Of a stretch of DNA of 49,273 nucleotides, positions 1-9,664 are shown one piece after another. The translations under genes were made by a program, and so were the position numbers. How positions within the stretch are numbered: the first letter of the stretch is position 1; every line of letters begins with the position of its first letter. The DNA is from Terriglobia bacterium. Lineage in GTDB: Bacteria; Acidobacteriota; Terriglobia; 20CM-2-55-15. Below the pieces are notes generated by a model. The model was not told the origin of the DNA and made no database searches. It worked only from the letters and a program-made list of their open reading frames with translations. The stretch lies in the NCBI GenBank assembly GCA_963664115.2, contig CAXWPJ010000008.1:1-49273 (forward strand), given 5' to 3'.

Positions 1-476
1 TTGAAGCCGTGACAACCGCGGACACCATGATCGTAGCTCCCGCTGCCGTTGTGGAAGGATTGCCTGAAGGCCTGGCGGCTCAAGCCCAGACTCTGAGCAA
101 CGGGGCTGAGATCTCAGTGCTTGGCGTGAATGTTGAGGCGATCCCAATGTATAACCTGACCGAGGATAGACTCCAATACCATGAAAACGGCCGTGGCAAC
201 GGATATGTTTTGACCCTCGGGGGAAAGCGAGTTTACGTCAGCGGCGACACGGAAGACATTCCGGAAATGCGAGCCCTCAAGAACATCGACGTCGCGTTCG
301 TCTGTTTCAACCTGCCGTTCACCATGACGGAAGATCAGGCTGCCAGCGCCGTCGTCGAGTTTGCACCTGCGGTTGTGTATCCCTACCACTACGGCGAAAG
401 TGACGTGGCTTTGTTCGCGGAACTGGTTGCTGAAGGTGGCGGTGAAATTGAAGTCCGCCAGTCGGCCTGGTACTAG
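1..476 (+). CDS. MBL-fold metallo-hydrolase (UPF0173/beta-lactamase superfamily), 5'-truncated by window edge
   Basis: C-terminal motifs AIPMYN..YH..GRGNGYVL, YVSGDTEDIPEM, YPYHY typical of this family. Confidence 0.8.
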   Translation, partial: EAVTTADTMIVAPAAVVEGLPEGLAAQAQTLSNGAEISVLGVNVEAIPMYNLTEDRLQYHENGRGNGYVLTLGGKRVYVSGDTEDIPEMRALKNIDVAFVCFNLPFTMTEDQAASAVVEFAPAVVYPYHYGESDVALFAELVAEGGGEIEVRQSAWY

Positions 477-555
477 AGAAAGTCTGCCAGACGCTCACGC
501 TCGTCCTCAAGCGTAGGCGGAACCGGGGCCACCTGAGGGAAGCCCGGATGGTTAT

Positions 556-981
556 TCAATGCCTGCCCTGGCGCTTTCGTTCGAGAAACGCGTCCACGCT
601 GTAACGGCCGGGTCCGATTAATATGAGGCCCGCAAACAGCCACGCGTTCTTGAAGGAGTGAGCTGGATCACCACGGCCCGCGAAGTTGGCCACCGTTGCG
701 ACGAACATCACAGACAGCAGTCCGAGGGACGCCAGGCGGAAGAATAGTCCAAAGGCGATCGCGAGACCAGCGAAGGTCTCTATGAGCGCAGCCAGGAGTC
801 CCCACCATTCGTACCCGAAGGTGATGCCGAAAAGGGCCAGTTCTCTGCCGCGATCGGCCATGCCGTCCATCCCGCTCATGAGCTTGGGAAAGCCATGAAG
901 CCATGTGAATCCCAATCCGAAGCCCAGTCGTGCGATCAGCAATCCAAGATCGCGGTAGTGGTCAAATGCATTCAATAGCAC
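556..981 (-). CDS. DoxX family membrane protein
   Basis: DLGLLIARLGFG..HGFPKL, GPGRYSVD motifs; GTG start at 981 preceded by GGAGAAAGG. Confidence 0.85.
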   Translation of the reverse strand: MLLNAFDHYRDLGLLIARLGFGLGFTWLHGFPKLMSGMDGMADRGRELALFGITFGYEWWGLLAALIETFAGLAIAFGLFFRLASLGLLSVMFVATVANFAGRGDPAHSFKNAWLFAGLILIGPGRYSVDAFLERKRQGRH

Positions 982-1195
982 GCCTTTCTCCCATGTTTCT
1001 GGCGATTGCGTCTGAAGCGAACACCGGGCGAGTATAACCTCCACGATTCAGCCGTCCCACCCGGGGTGCCGTAAATGATGAAACGGATGTCGATCTTGAT
1101 ACGACCAGAGAGCCCTTCCCCCCGAAAAGAGGTTGAATCTGCCCGCCTCCCATCGGACAATCGCACTCCGCATCTTTAGACTGAGGGAGGAAATT

Positions 1196-2725
1196 ATGGC
1201 CTTGAGACTTTGGACTCTGGTTGGGCTGATCACGCTCGTTGTGGGAACGGCGACGGCACAGGATGCCATGACCCTGCTGCGGGCGACATCCAGGGCCATG
1301 GGGGTCGACGAAGTGCAGGCGATCCGATACACCGGGACGGGCTGGCTGGCGGCCGTCGGACAGGGGTACACCTCTGAGGAAGACTGGCCGCGGGCTGATT
1401 TGACCTACACCCGAACGATCGACTATGAAACCCGGGCCTCAGGTGAACAGCTCACACGTCGCCAGGGAGAACATGCTCCTCGAGGCGGCGGCGGCATACC
1501 GGTCGTGGACGATTGGGACCAGGAATTCTACGTCAGCGGTGAATACACATGGAACGTACTCCGGGGCGCTGATCCTGTCTTGATGTCCCGCCTTGCGACG
1601 AGTAACACCGGCATTCCGCCTGAGGAACGAACGCTGGATATCTGGCTGAGCCCGCATGGGGTGATCAAGGCCGCCCTGGCTGCCGACGATGCGACGGCCA
1701 CTCCATTGGTGCTCGAAGGCCAGCCCAAAACGATCGTCTCGTTTACGGCGCTGGATAGATTTCGGGTGAACGTGACCATCACCGCGGACAATTTGGTCGA
1801 ACGCGTCCAGACCTGGGTCCCGAATGCGGTCTTCGGCGACATGGTGCACGAGCACCGCTACACCGATTACCAGGATTACGGTGGCGTTATGTTCCCGAAT
1901 CTCCTGCACTCGCACCGGGGTGACCCACGTTTGAATCCGGGTCACAATTGGATGGAAGTTCGAGTGGATGACCTGACGCTGAACCCCGCGGACGCTGCGA
2001 TCGCTGTTCCGGACAGCATTCGATCCGCCGTCGCTCCGTCTGCCGTGACCATTGAGTCACAGGAACTCGCCGAAGGCGTTTGGAAGGTCGCCGGGCAGGG
2101 CCACCACAGTTTTGCGGTCGAATTCAGCGATTTCATCGCAGTTGTCGAAGCGCCCCAGGACGAACTGCGATCGCTCGGCGTGATTCGGGAAATCGAGAGG
2201 CTGATTCCCAACAAGCCGATTCAATACGTCGTCAACACCCACTACCACTTCGATCATTCGGGAGGACTGCGTACCTACGTTGCGCGCGGCACGACAGTCG
2301 TGACGCACGCCGGGAATCTTGATTTCTACGAGAACGTATTCTTCTATCCCTCACCACGGACGCTGGAGCCGGACCTGCTCTCGACTCTCTATCCCTGGTT
2401 TCGCGGAAACCGGACCCCGACGATGGAAGGAGTCACCCAGAAGTACGTGATCAGTGACGGCCGGCGAACGCTTGACGTCTATGCCTTGGGCGGCAACGAC
2501 CACGACGGAAACATGCTCGTGGCCTACTTGCCGACCGAGAAGATCCTGATAAATGCCGATCTCTACTCGCCGCCGGCGAACCCGGGGCGGATACCGGGAG
2601 CGAGCAACAACATCCGGGCGCTCAATAGGAACATTCAGCGCTTGAACCTGGATGTGGACACGCACGCCGGTGTACATGGATCGGTGGGGTCGCACGACGT
2701 CTTTCTACAGGCTGTCGGTAACTAG
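1196..2725 (+). CDS. Secreted MBL-fold metallo-hydrolase (two-domain)
   Basis: Signal peptide, NTHYHFDHSGG (HxHxDH) motif, GGAGG RBS before ATG 1196. Confidence 0.85.
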   Translation: MALRLWTLVGLITLVVGTATAQDAMTLLRATSRAMGVDEVQAIRYTGTGWLAAVGQGYTSEEDWPRADLTYTRTIDYETRASGEQLTRRQGEHAPRGGGGIPVVDDWDQEFYVSGEYTWNVLRGADPVLMSRLATSNTGIPPEERTLDIWLSPHGVIKAALAADDATATPLVLEGQPKTIVSFTALDRFRVNVTITADNLVERVQTWVPNAVFGDMVHEHRYTDYQDYGGVMFPNLLHSHRGDPRLNPGHNWMEVRVDDLTLNPADAAIAVPDSIRSAVAPSAVTIESQELAEGVWKVAGQGHHSFAVEFSDFIAVVEAPQDELRSLGVIREIERLIPNKPIQYVVNTHYHFDHSGGLRTYVARGTTVVTHAGNLDFYENVFFYPSPRTLEPDLLSTLYPWFRGNRTPTMEGVTQKYVISDGRRTLDVYALGGNDHDGNMLVAYLPTEKILINADLYSPPANPGRIPGASNNIRALNRNIQRLNLDVDTHAGVHGSVGSHDVFLQAVGN

Positions 2726-2741
2726 CTGTTGGAGTAACCAG

Positions 2742-2788
2742 GGAACCTGCACTTCAGAACCTGGAACAGATTCTGAAGTGCAGGTTCC
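2742..2788. repeat. REP-like palindrome (18-bp perfect stem), possibly a bidirectional terminator
   Basis: GGAACCTGCACTTCAGAA / TTCTGAAGTGCAGGTTCC between convergent genes; homologous to 4092-4133. Confidence 0.8.
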
Positions 2789-2791
2789 TTG

Positions 2792-4075
2792 CTACTGCAG
2801 TTGTGCGGCTACCCGCTCCGTTTCCTGCCACACACGCAACAGGTTCTCCCCCCACAGCTTGGCGATGTCTTCGGGGGAGTAGCCTCGGCGGACCAACTCA
2901 AGAGTGACGTTGAAGGTCTCACTCGCATCGTTCCAGCCGGCGACTCCCCCACCGCCGTCGAAATCCGAACTGATTCCGACGTGGTCGATACCGATCAGGT
3001 TAACGGCGTAGTCGATATGATCGACGAAATCTGAAACGTTTGCCGCTGGAAACTGTGCGTCGATGGCCGTCATCTGTGCGTCGAAATCCGTTCTTTTTTG
3101 AACGTAGTCGGCGCGTTCGGTTGCGGACATTCCTTCCAGGCGCTGGGGCGTCATTGGACCCCGGGGCAGGTCGACTTCTTCGCGAAGCGTCGCTATCGCC
3201 GCGTCACGTTCCGGATCGACCTTGACGAAATCGGCCAGTGCGACCGTCTGAATCACGCCGCCGTTTTCTTTCAACGCCAGCAACTGCTCGTCGTCCATAT
3301 TCCTGGAGACATCGGCTAAGGCTTTGACGCTGGAGTGTGACGCGATCACGGGGGCTTGTGAGAGACGGGAGGCCTCGAGCATCGCTTGCTTGGAGATGTG
3401 CGAGACGTCCACCATGATGCCCACCCGGTTCATCTCCGCGATCACCTCTTCTCCGAACGCACTGATGCCTCCATGTTCGGACACCTCATCGCCGAGCTCG
3501 GGATTTGGATTGGCCGAATCGCTGATATCGTTGTGCCCGTTGTGAGCGAGCGTGATGTAGCGGGCCCCCAGCGTGTGATACTCCTCGACCAGGTCCAGGT
3601 CCTGACCGATTACCCATCCGTTTTCGATTCCTATAGCCGCAACACGTTTACCCGATGCTGCGATTCGTCTGACATCCTCGCTCGAATACGCCAGTTCGCT
3701 CTGGTCGGGATACATCTGGTCTGTCATCCTGTGGATCGCATCGAACTTCGTCATCGCCTGTTCTTTGGCGAAACTGTTACCTGTGTCATCGCGCCCACCC
3801 TGGCCGACGTAGACGATAAAGAACCCGGCGTCGAGCCCGCCGGCTATCATCTTTGGAATATCGACCTGCCGGTCGCCGCGCACGCCGGGGTCGACTTCTT
3901 CGGTGGCAAAGTTGAACGGGATGTCGTTGTGGCTGTCGATTGTGAGGGTCGCGGCGTGGATTTCCCGAGCCAGGGCGATAACGTTTTGTTCGCTGTCGGT
4001 GGGCTCTTCTGGTGTGGGTGCGCTGCATGCTGTTACCGCGATACTTGCCAGCAACGCAATCAATAAAAGCTTCAT
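2792..4075 (-). CDS. Membrane dipeptidase (peptidase M19), lipoprotein
   Basis: Lipobox VTAC; IDSHND, GIEN, DVSH, ASHSS, SDFDG motifs. Confidence 0.93.
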   Translation of the reverse strand: MKLLLIALLASIAVTACSAPTPEEPTDSEQNVIALAREIHAATLTIDSHNDIPFNFATEEVDPGVRGDRQVDIPKMIAGGLDAGFFIVYVGQGGRDDTGNSFAKEQAMTKFDAIHRMTDQMYPDQSELAYSSEDVRRIAASGKRVAAIGIENGWVIGQDLDLVEEYHTLGARYITLAHNGHNDISDSANPNPELGDEVSEHGGISAFGEEVIAEMNRVGIMVDVSHISKQAMLEASRLSQAPVIASHSSVKALADVSRNMDDEQLLALKENGGVIQTVALADFVKVDPERDAAIATLREEVDLPRGPMTPQRLEGMSATERADYVQKRTDFDAQMTAIDAQFPAANVSDFVDHIDYAVNLIGIDHVGISSDFDGGGGVAGWNDASETFNVTLELVRRGYSPEDIAKLWGENLLRVWQETERVAAQLQ

Positions 4076-4091
4076 AAACGGTCCAATAGGA

Positions 4092-4133
4092 GACGTACAC
4101 TTCAGAATAGGAACCGATTCTGAAGTGTACGTC
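4092..4133. repeat. REP-like palindrome (17-bp perfect stem)
   Basis: GACGTACACTTCAGAAT / ATTCTGAAGTGTACGTC; shares CACTTCAGAA..GGAAC..GATTCTGAAGTG core with 2742-2788. Confidence 0.8.
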
Positions 4134-4154
4134 CCCCTTCAGGAGAGAGTGGAT

Positions 4155-4190
4155 TTGTTGAGGGCCGAAGTATCAATCGGCCCTCAACAA
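4155..4190. terminator. 14-bp hairpin, probable terminator of the lectin-like gene
   Basis: TTGTTGAGGGCCGA-8 nt-TCGGCCCTCAACAA downstream of minus-strand gene 4274-4921. Confidence 0.55.
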
Positions 4191-4273
4191 TTGCGTTCGG
4201 AGGGGCTACCAATGCCTTGGAGCGCTTCGCTGCCCTCGCCCTCCGAGAAACTGGTGCATGTCCGCGACGTTTC

Positions 4274-4921
4274 CTAGTCTATGGCGAAACAGTAGAAAAG
4301 CCCGGCGCCTCCCGTGCCGACAAGTGCCTCCTGGCCGCAACCTCTGGACCCGTGCGCGGAATTCCATGAGGTGTTGCCGCCGCCATTGCGGTCATGGTGG
4401 CCCAGCAGCGCGCTGCCTTCACCGCTGTTGGTCCAGTTATTGCAGGTCATGTCGGAGGCCCGCCCGTCTGAGTTCGAGCCCGTCAGTATGTCGTGCCGAT
4501 TGGGCTGATCACCCCGGCCGTTGATCGTGTCACCGGTTTGGCTGAGTGCGGTTCCCTTGTGCAGGTTGTTTCGGTCACGCTGAACGTCGCCGTGGAGGTC
4601 CGCGACGTTCCCAGCGATCATCTCGCTATTGGAGTTATACCAGGGACCGGAGCCGATGCGGTCACGGGCGTTGACGCCACCCGGGCCAGTCGTGCTCAGG
4701 TATGCGTGCCATGTCTTGTTCGAACCGGTGGCTTCGCCGAGTGACTGGCAGTGTGCGTCCGCACCTGCAAGGCCGCCCAGATCGGCGCCGTTGCCGGAGC
4801 CTACGCTGGTGACAAAAAAACTCATGGGTTGATCTGCAGCCTGACCCCGCTGGGCCTCACCCGGTTGAACGGCGAGGAATAGAAGCACGATGGCAGCAAA
4901 AGCAAAGTAGATTCTTTTCAT
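4274..4921 (-). CDS. Secreted lectin/endostatin-like (C-type lectin-like fold) protein
   Basis: Signal peptide; MSFFVTS..DLGGLAGADAHCQ..TCNNWT..GC..GLFYCFA pattern. Confidence 0.75.
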   Translation of the reverse strand: MKRIYFAFAAIVLLFLAVQPGEAQRGQAADQPMSFFVTSVGSGNGADLGGLAGADAHCQSLGEATGSNKTWHAYLSTTGPGGVNARDRIGSGPWYNSNSEMIAGNVADLHGDVQRDRNNLHKGTALSQTGDTINGRGDQPNRHDILTGSNSDGRASDMTCNNWTNSGEGSALLGHHDRNGGGNTSWNSAHGSRGCGQEALVGTGGAGLFYCFAID

Positions 4922-4987
4922 ATGTTGATCTCCTTCTAGATACTGGTATTTCGGGAGCTGTAAGTCTACCAGCGAAGTCGCCTGTTT

Positions 4988-6790
4988 CTACTCGGGTAAA
5001 GCGAAAACGAAAATATTATTCGTACTGCTTGGAGACAATTCTCTTGCGAGTCGGTTGAGGCCACTCGTCGCCAAGGCATTCCCTGTGCTCACAGCGATGA
5101 ACTGCCGGCCTTCGACCGAATAGCTGATCGGATAACCGGTGACCTGGGAGCCCAGGTTGACCTCCCACAGGACTTTTCCGCTTGACTGATCGAAAGCACG
5201 GAACCGTCCATTGGTATCGCCACCGAACAACAATCCCCCTCCCGTCGTCACAAGCGAAGTCGTACCGGCCCGTTGTTCGTACTTCCAGACTGTTTCACCG
5301 GTCTCGACGGAAATGGCTTCTATTGTTCCGATGTTAGTCGTTCCCGGTGCGATGATCGATTCCATACGAATCCCGTAGCGCGATTCCTGGCGGCTTCCCG
5401 GTTCGTCCAGAAAGTCAAAGGTCGGTCCCGGTTCGTTCGACGTCGCGTTCATGCAGGTGTTCTGCAGCGGGAAGTACATCACGTTGTTGAGCGGACTGTA
5501 AGCGCCTGCCATGAAGTTCTTGCCACCGTTCGCATTCGGGCATACGAGCCGTTGCTGGCCCGGAGCAGTGAAGAGCATTTCCGGATTGACTCTAACTTCA
5601 CCGGTTGCACCATCGATTGCGTCGACGACCGTCTGACTGATCGTCGGCCGTGCCCAGAGGAATTCGCCGGTTTCCCGGTCCAGCGTGTAAACAACGCCTG
5701 TCTTGCCTGGGATTCCGGTGAGGACCCGCCGGGTTTCACCGGGCCGGATATTGGGGTTGATCCAGCTGACTGCGTTCGCATCCGGCGCCACCGCGGTGTC
5801 GATGAGCAAACGTTCAAAGGGATGGTCGAGATCCCAGTGGTCGACGATGTGCTGGTAGTACCAGACGATTTCGCCCGTGTCGACATCGAGCGCCAGAGTC
5901 GAATTGTGATAGAGGTATTTGTCGTCGTTGTCACCCATCAGAAACTTAGCTGCGGGTGAGGTGACCGAAGTTCCGAAATACGCGAGACCCAACTCGGCGT
6001 CGTAGCTGGGAACCATCCACGTGCCGACGTGCCACCGTCTTTCGTAGGGAACATCGCCCCAGGTCTCATCTCCAGGCTCTCCAGGCCGGGGAATTGTTCC
6101 TGTTCGCCAAATTTCCTCGCCGGTTCGTGCATCGTGAGCAGTGATGACACAGGCTTCGGGGCCGCCCTCAGCATGGCAACTCCGGCCTGAGAGCACCTTC
6201 CCGTCGGCAATCAGTACGCCACCGGTATGCTGGGCTGAGTTGACCCGGTAGTCGAGTATCTGGTTTTCCCATTCCAACGCGCCGGTCTGGGCATCGAGTG
6301 CAAAGACGTAGGAGTCCCCGCTGGTGTCGATAATGCGGTCTTCATAGATAGCCAGGTTCCGTTTGATTCCCGGAACCCGGATGAATTCGGTCAGATCTTC
6401 GGGCCATTCGCGGCGGTACTCCCACAGCTGATCTCCGGTGGCCGCATTCATGGCTTGAATGACGTCGTTCGGGTTCGGAAGGTACATCACGCCGTCGTGG
6501 ATGAGGGGCGTCGCTTCCTGGATACCGTCGGACATGCCGCGGGACCAGACCATGCGCAAATCTCCAACGTTGTCCCGGTTGATCTGATCCAGAGGGCTGT
6601 AACCCCAGCCGTCGGGTGTTCGGCGCCACGTGAGCCATTCGCCCGGATCGGGATTTGCGAGCATCGCGTCCGTGACGGGAACGAAGTCGCTCTGTACCGG
6701 CGGCGCCGATGGTGCCGATCGTGCCCAGGTCGGCGTGGCTGTGGAGAATGCGACTGCCAGAACGGCGATCGCCAGATAATAGCGTTTCAT
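4988..6790 (-). CDS. PQQ-dependent dehydrogenase (beta-propeller), secreted
   Basis: GYSPLDQINRDNV, repeated ALDxxTG..W Trp-docking repeats, GKTG, GYPISYSVEGRQFIAV. Confidence 0.9.
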   Translation of the reverse strand: MKRYYLAIAVLAVAFSTATPTWARSAPSAPPVQSDFVPVTDAMLANPDPGEWLTWRRTPDGWGYSPLDQINRDNVGDLRMVWSRGMSDGIQEATPLIHDGVMYLPNPNDVIQAMNAATGDQLWEYRREWPEDLTEFIRVPGIKRNLAIYEDRIIDTSGDSYVFALDAQTGALEWENQILDYRVNSAQHTGGVLIADGKVLSGRSCHAEGGPEACVITAHDARTGEEIWRTGTIPRPGEPGDETWGDVPYERRWHVGTWMVPSYDAELGLAYFGTSVTSPAAKFLMGDNDDKYLYHNSTLALDVDTGEIVWYYQHIVDHWDLDHPFERLLIDTAVAPDANAVSWINPNIRPGETRRVLTGIPGKTGVVYTLDRETGEFLWARPTISQTVVDAIDGATGEVRVNPEMLFTAPGQQRLVCPNANGGKNFMAGAYSPLNNVMYFPLQNTCMNATSNEPGPTFDFLDEPGSRQESRYGIRMESIIAPGTTNIGTIEAISVETGETVWKYEQRAGTTSLVTTGGGLLFGGDTNGRFRAFDQSSGKVLWEVNLGSQVTGYPISYSVEGRQFIAVSTGNALATSGLNRLARELSPSSTNNIFVFALPE

Positions 6791-6952
6791 CAGGCCCCCT
6801 TCTTTACCTCTTCAATGAATGAACGAGACGACATATTAACAATTTGTTCCGGAATGGAACTGCTGAATCTATTCACGCCACCCGAAGCCCTTGTCGGTGG
6901 GCGGAAGGTAATCGGCGTGGCATCATCAAGGAATCGGCGAAGGAGCCGGACT

Positions 6953-8290
6953 TCAGCGATCCAGTTCGATCTCGAGTTCCGCTCCGTAAAGCATCGTTCT
7001 GTCGTTGTCCCGGGCAGCCCACTTCATCAATGTTTGAACGTTGGGCTCCAAGCGCCCATCGAACACAGTGTCACCATTAGCCACGACGCGGATGGGCACG
7101 CTGAAGTCGAATTGATCCGGCGACAGCAGGAGAGTGAACCGAGCGACTCCGGTTGTCGTCGCCTGTACCGTGTTGCCGTTCCGTACCAACTCGACATGGC
7201 CCGAAGGCATCGTGCGTGAAAACAGAGGATCACTACTTGCTGGAAAGCGCCCGATCGGATCCGATTCGAGCGACACGGTCTGCATCTGGCTTCGCGGCTG
7301 AAACTCGTCGATTACCAGCCAGTGCGCCCGGTTGTAAGTCAGATCCGCGGTTTCCCAGGACAAAGTATCCGGGTGCGGGTCTCGCGGATTGTCAGCCACA
7401 AACTGCTCGAAGGTATCCTTCATCTCGGGCCACCACGACGTATTGTGCCCGGCATCGGGCTGAGGGTGGTAGGCGGTTCGGACTCCGTTGTTCCTCATGT
7501 GCCTGACGAAGGGTTCCACTGTAGACGTCGGGTAGAGACGATCCTGGCCACCGTTGATAACGAACCACGGTTTGTTGCGCATGTTGGCTGGAAACGATGT
7601 GCCGTCGTCGAGCCGGCTGTTGGCCAGCACCATGATGAATCCGTTGAGCGGGAGGAAGCTGGCATAGGGAGTCACCTCATGCATCCCGACGTAATACGCT
7701 CCCGTGCCCCCATCGGAAACACCGGAGACCACGATGCGGTTCTCGTCAATGTTATAGGAGCGCTTCAGCTTGTCGATTATGGCATTCATGATGGCGACCT
7801 GGCCCCCGCTCCACCACGCGACATCCAACCACGCGTAGGGCAGGACGTAGATCTGTTCGGCGCCCGGTAAATTGATTTCGCCCGAACCCCGGGGTTGATT
7901 GCTGGTCCGCCGTCCGATACCACCATGGAGTTGAAACCGAACCTGGTATCGCTGGTTCGGATCATAGTTATCCGGGACGTTGAGCGAGTAGTAGTGTTCG
8001 ATCCCTGCGTCTGTCCGGTTGTTCATCGCGAGAATACCCGTAGCTTGGGGAAGGTACTCGCGACCGCGTGAGAGCCGTTCGTATGCCTCTTCAAAGGTCA
8101 CTCCGGTGTCGACGAGGGTGTTGACCAGACCCTGGGCCCGGGCCGGAGAGCCGGCAGCCCAGAACTGCTCGAACGCCTCTTCGGTGGAAGCCGGCGTGTC
8201 TTGAGCCGCGGGTGCAGAGAGCGTCAATGCGGCCAATACGGAAACGAAAAGCAGCGGCTTCAAAGCGTTTAACATTTGAGTGTGTGCCAT
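6953..8290 (-). CDS. Secreted alpha/beta hydrolase (esterase/peptidase-like)
   Basis: LHGG, GVSDGG nucleophile elbow, GGQD and AGH; signal peptide; GGAG RBS. Confidence 0.8.
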   Translation of the reverse strand: MAHTQMLNALKPLLFVSVLAALTLSAPAAQDTPASTEEAFEQFWAAGSPARAQGLVNTLVDTGVTFEEAYERLSRGREYLPQATGILAMNNRTDAGIEHYYSLNVPDNYDPNQRYQVRFQLHGGIGRRTSNQPRGSGEINLPGAEQIYVLPYAWLDVAWWSGGQVAIMNAIIDKLKRSYNIDENRIVVSGVSDGGTGAYYVGMHEVTPYASFLPLNGFIMVLANSRLDDGTSFPANMRNKPWFVINGGQDRLYPTSTVEPFVRHMRNNGVRTAYHPQPDAGHNTSWWPEMKDTFEQFVADNPRDPHPDTLSWETADLTYNRAHWLVIDEFQPRSQMQTVSLESDPIGRFPASSDPLFSRTMPSGHVELVRNGNTVQATTTGVARFTLLLSPDQFDFSVPIRVVANGDTVFDGRLEPNVQTLMKWAARDNDRTMLYGAELEIELDR

Positions 8291-8526
8291 TCCACGGTCT
8301 CCTTCCTCCTTCTTAACTTGCGGCTCAACCCTCTGTGATATCGACCTGGGTACCGATCGCTTCGGTGATGAATGCGGCTTCGACTTCGAATCAGATCAAA
8401 TTATATAGATTTCAAATACTACTGCCCCACGCGCAACGAGATCAACCAACCGGGGAAGGGTTTTCAGCGATATTTGGCGATGATAGACTGCGGCTCTCGA
8501 TTCCAACTCGTTCAGGGAGACTTCTG

Positions 8527-9654
8527 ATGTCCTTGACTCGTTTGCTCATCGGCACACGAAAAGGCGCTTTTTTCATGAGCGGAGACCGTTCGCGTAGAAA
8601 GTGGACCGTCTCGGGTCCCCAGTTCCTTGGACATATCGTTCACCACCTCGTTTTGGATCCCAGGAACCGGAAGACCATGCTAGCCGCCGCCCGGACCGGG
8701 CACCTCGGACCCACGGTATTTCGTTCCACCGACCGCGGTCGCTCCTGGCAAGAGGCCGAACGTCCGCCTGCGTTTCCAAAAGCTGGCCGGGGGAAGCCGG
8801 TCCGTGCTGTCAACCACGTATTCTGGCTCACACCCGGCCACGTGAACGATCCCGGTGTGTGGTATGCGGGTTCTTCCCCTCAGGGCTTATTCCGCTCCGA
8901 AGACGACGGTCGAAGTTGGAAGGGCGTTCGCGGGTTCAACGAACATCGAAAGCATTTTGACTGGGTTGGTGGCGGTCAGGACGGAACGCCGGATGGGCCG
9001 AAATTGCATTCGATCTTGATTGATCCGCGAAATTCGAGCCACATGTATATCGGCATGTCCAGTGGTGGCGTGTTCGAGTCCACCGACGGCGGCGCCGACT
9101 GGCGGCCGCTGAATGCGGGTTGCACGGCGGACTTCATACCCACACCCAATCCCGAATATGGTCACGACCCGCACAACCTCCAACTGCACCCGCTCAAGCC
9201 CGACCGCTTGTATCAACAGAATCATTGTGGGATTTACCGGATGGACCGGGCGGAAGGCCGCTGGGTGAGAATTGGTGAACGCATGCCGAAGACGATCGGA
9301 GATATCGGCTTCCCCATCCTCCTCGATCCTCAAGACCCCGATCGTGTGTGGGTTTTCCCCATGGACGGGACGTCCGTATGGCCGCGCACGAGTCCCGGGG
9401 GCCGGCCCGCGCTGTATCGTACCGTGAACGGAGGAAAGAGCTGGAAGCGCTTGGACAAGGGCCTGCCTCGGTCGAACGCCTGGTTTACGGTTTTCCGTCA
9501 GGCAATGGCCCGGGATGAAGAGAAACGCATGGGCATCTATTTCGGGACGACTGCGGGTGAGGTCTGGGGCAGTCGAAACGAAGGAGACTCGTGGCATTGC
9601 CTCGCACGCCACCTGCCGGAAATCTATTCGGTCGAAATCGTCGGTGTCACCTGA
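8527..9654 (+). CDS. BNR/Asp-box repeat beta-propeller (sialidase/glycosyl hydrolase-like)
   Basis: Multiple SxDxGxxW Asp boxes; LLIGTRKG N-terminus; YQQNHCG; ATG 8527 after GGGAG. Confidence 0.85.
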   Translation: MSLTRLLIGTRKGAFFMSGDRSRRKWTVSGPQFLGHIVHHLVLDPRNRKTMLAAARTGHLGPTVFRSTDRGRSWQEAERPPAFPKAGRGKPVRAVNHVFWLTPGHVNDPGVWYAGSSPQGLFRSEDDGRSWKGVRGFNEHRKHFDWVGGGQDGTPDGPKLHSILIDPRNSSHMYIGMSSGGVFESTDGGADWRPLNAGCTADFIPTPNPEYGHDPHNLQLHPLKPDRLYQQNHCGIYRMDRAEGRWVRIGERMPKTIGDIGFPILLDPQDPDRVWVFPMDGTSVWPRTSPGGRPALYRTVNGGKSWKRLDKGLPRSNAWFTVFRQAMARDEEKRMGIYFGTTAGEVWGSRNEGDSWHCLARHLPEIYSVEIVGVT

Positions 9655-9664
9655 GAAGGCCAAA

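Noticed and set aside
1045-1139. Possible structured leader closed by GATTCAGCC/GGTTGAATC
   Set aside because: Only a 9-bp pairing; no riboswitch consensus recognised.
8335-8526. Long N-terminal extensions in the ORF track (also 1133, 17866, 20690, 21509, 22435, 24360, 40302)
   Set aside because: Downstream starts with an RBS or family-typical N-termini fit better.
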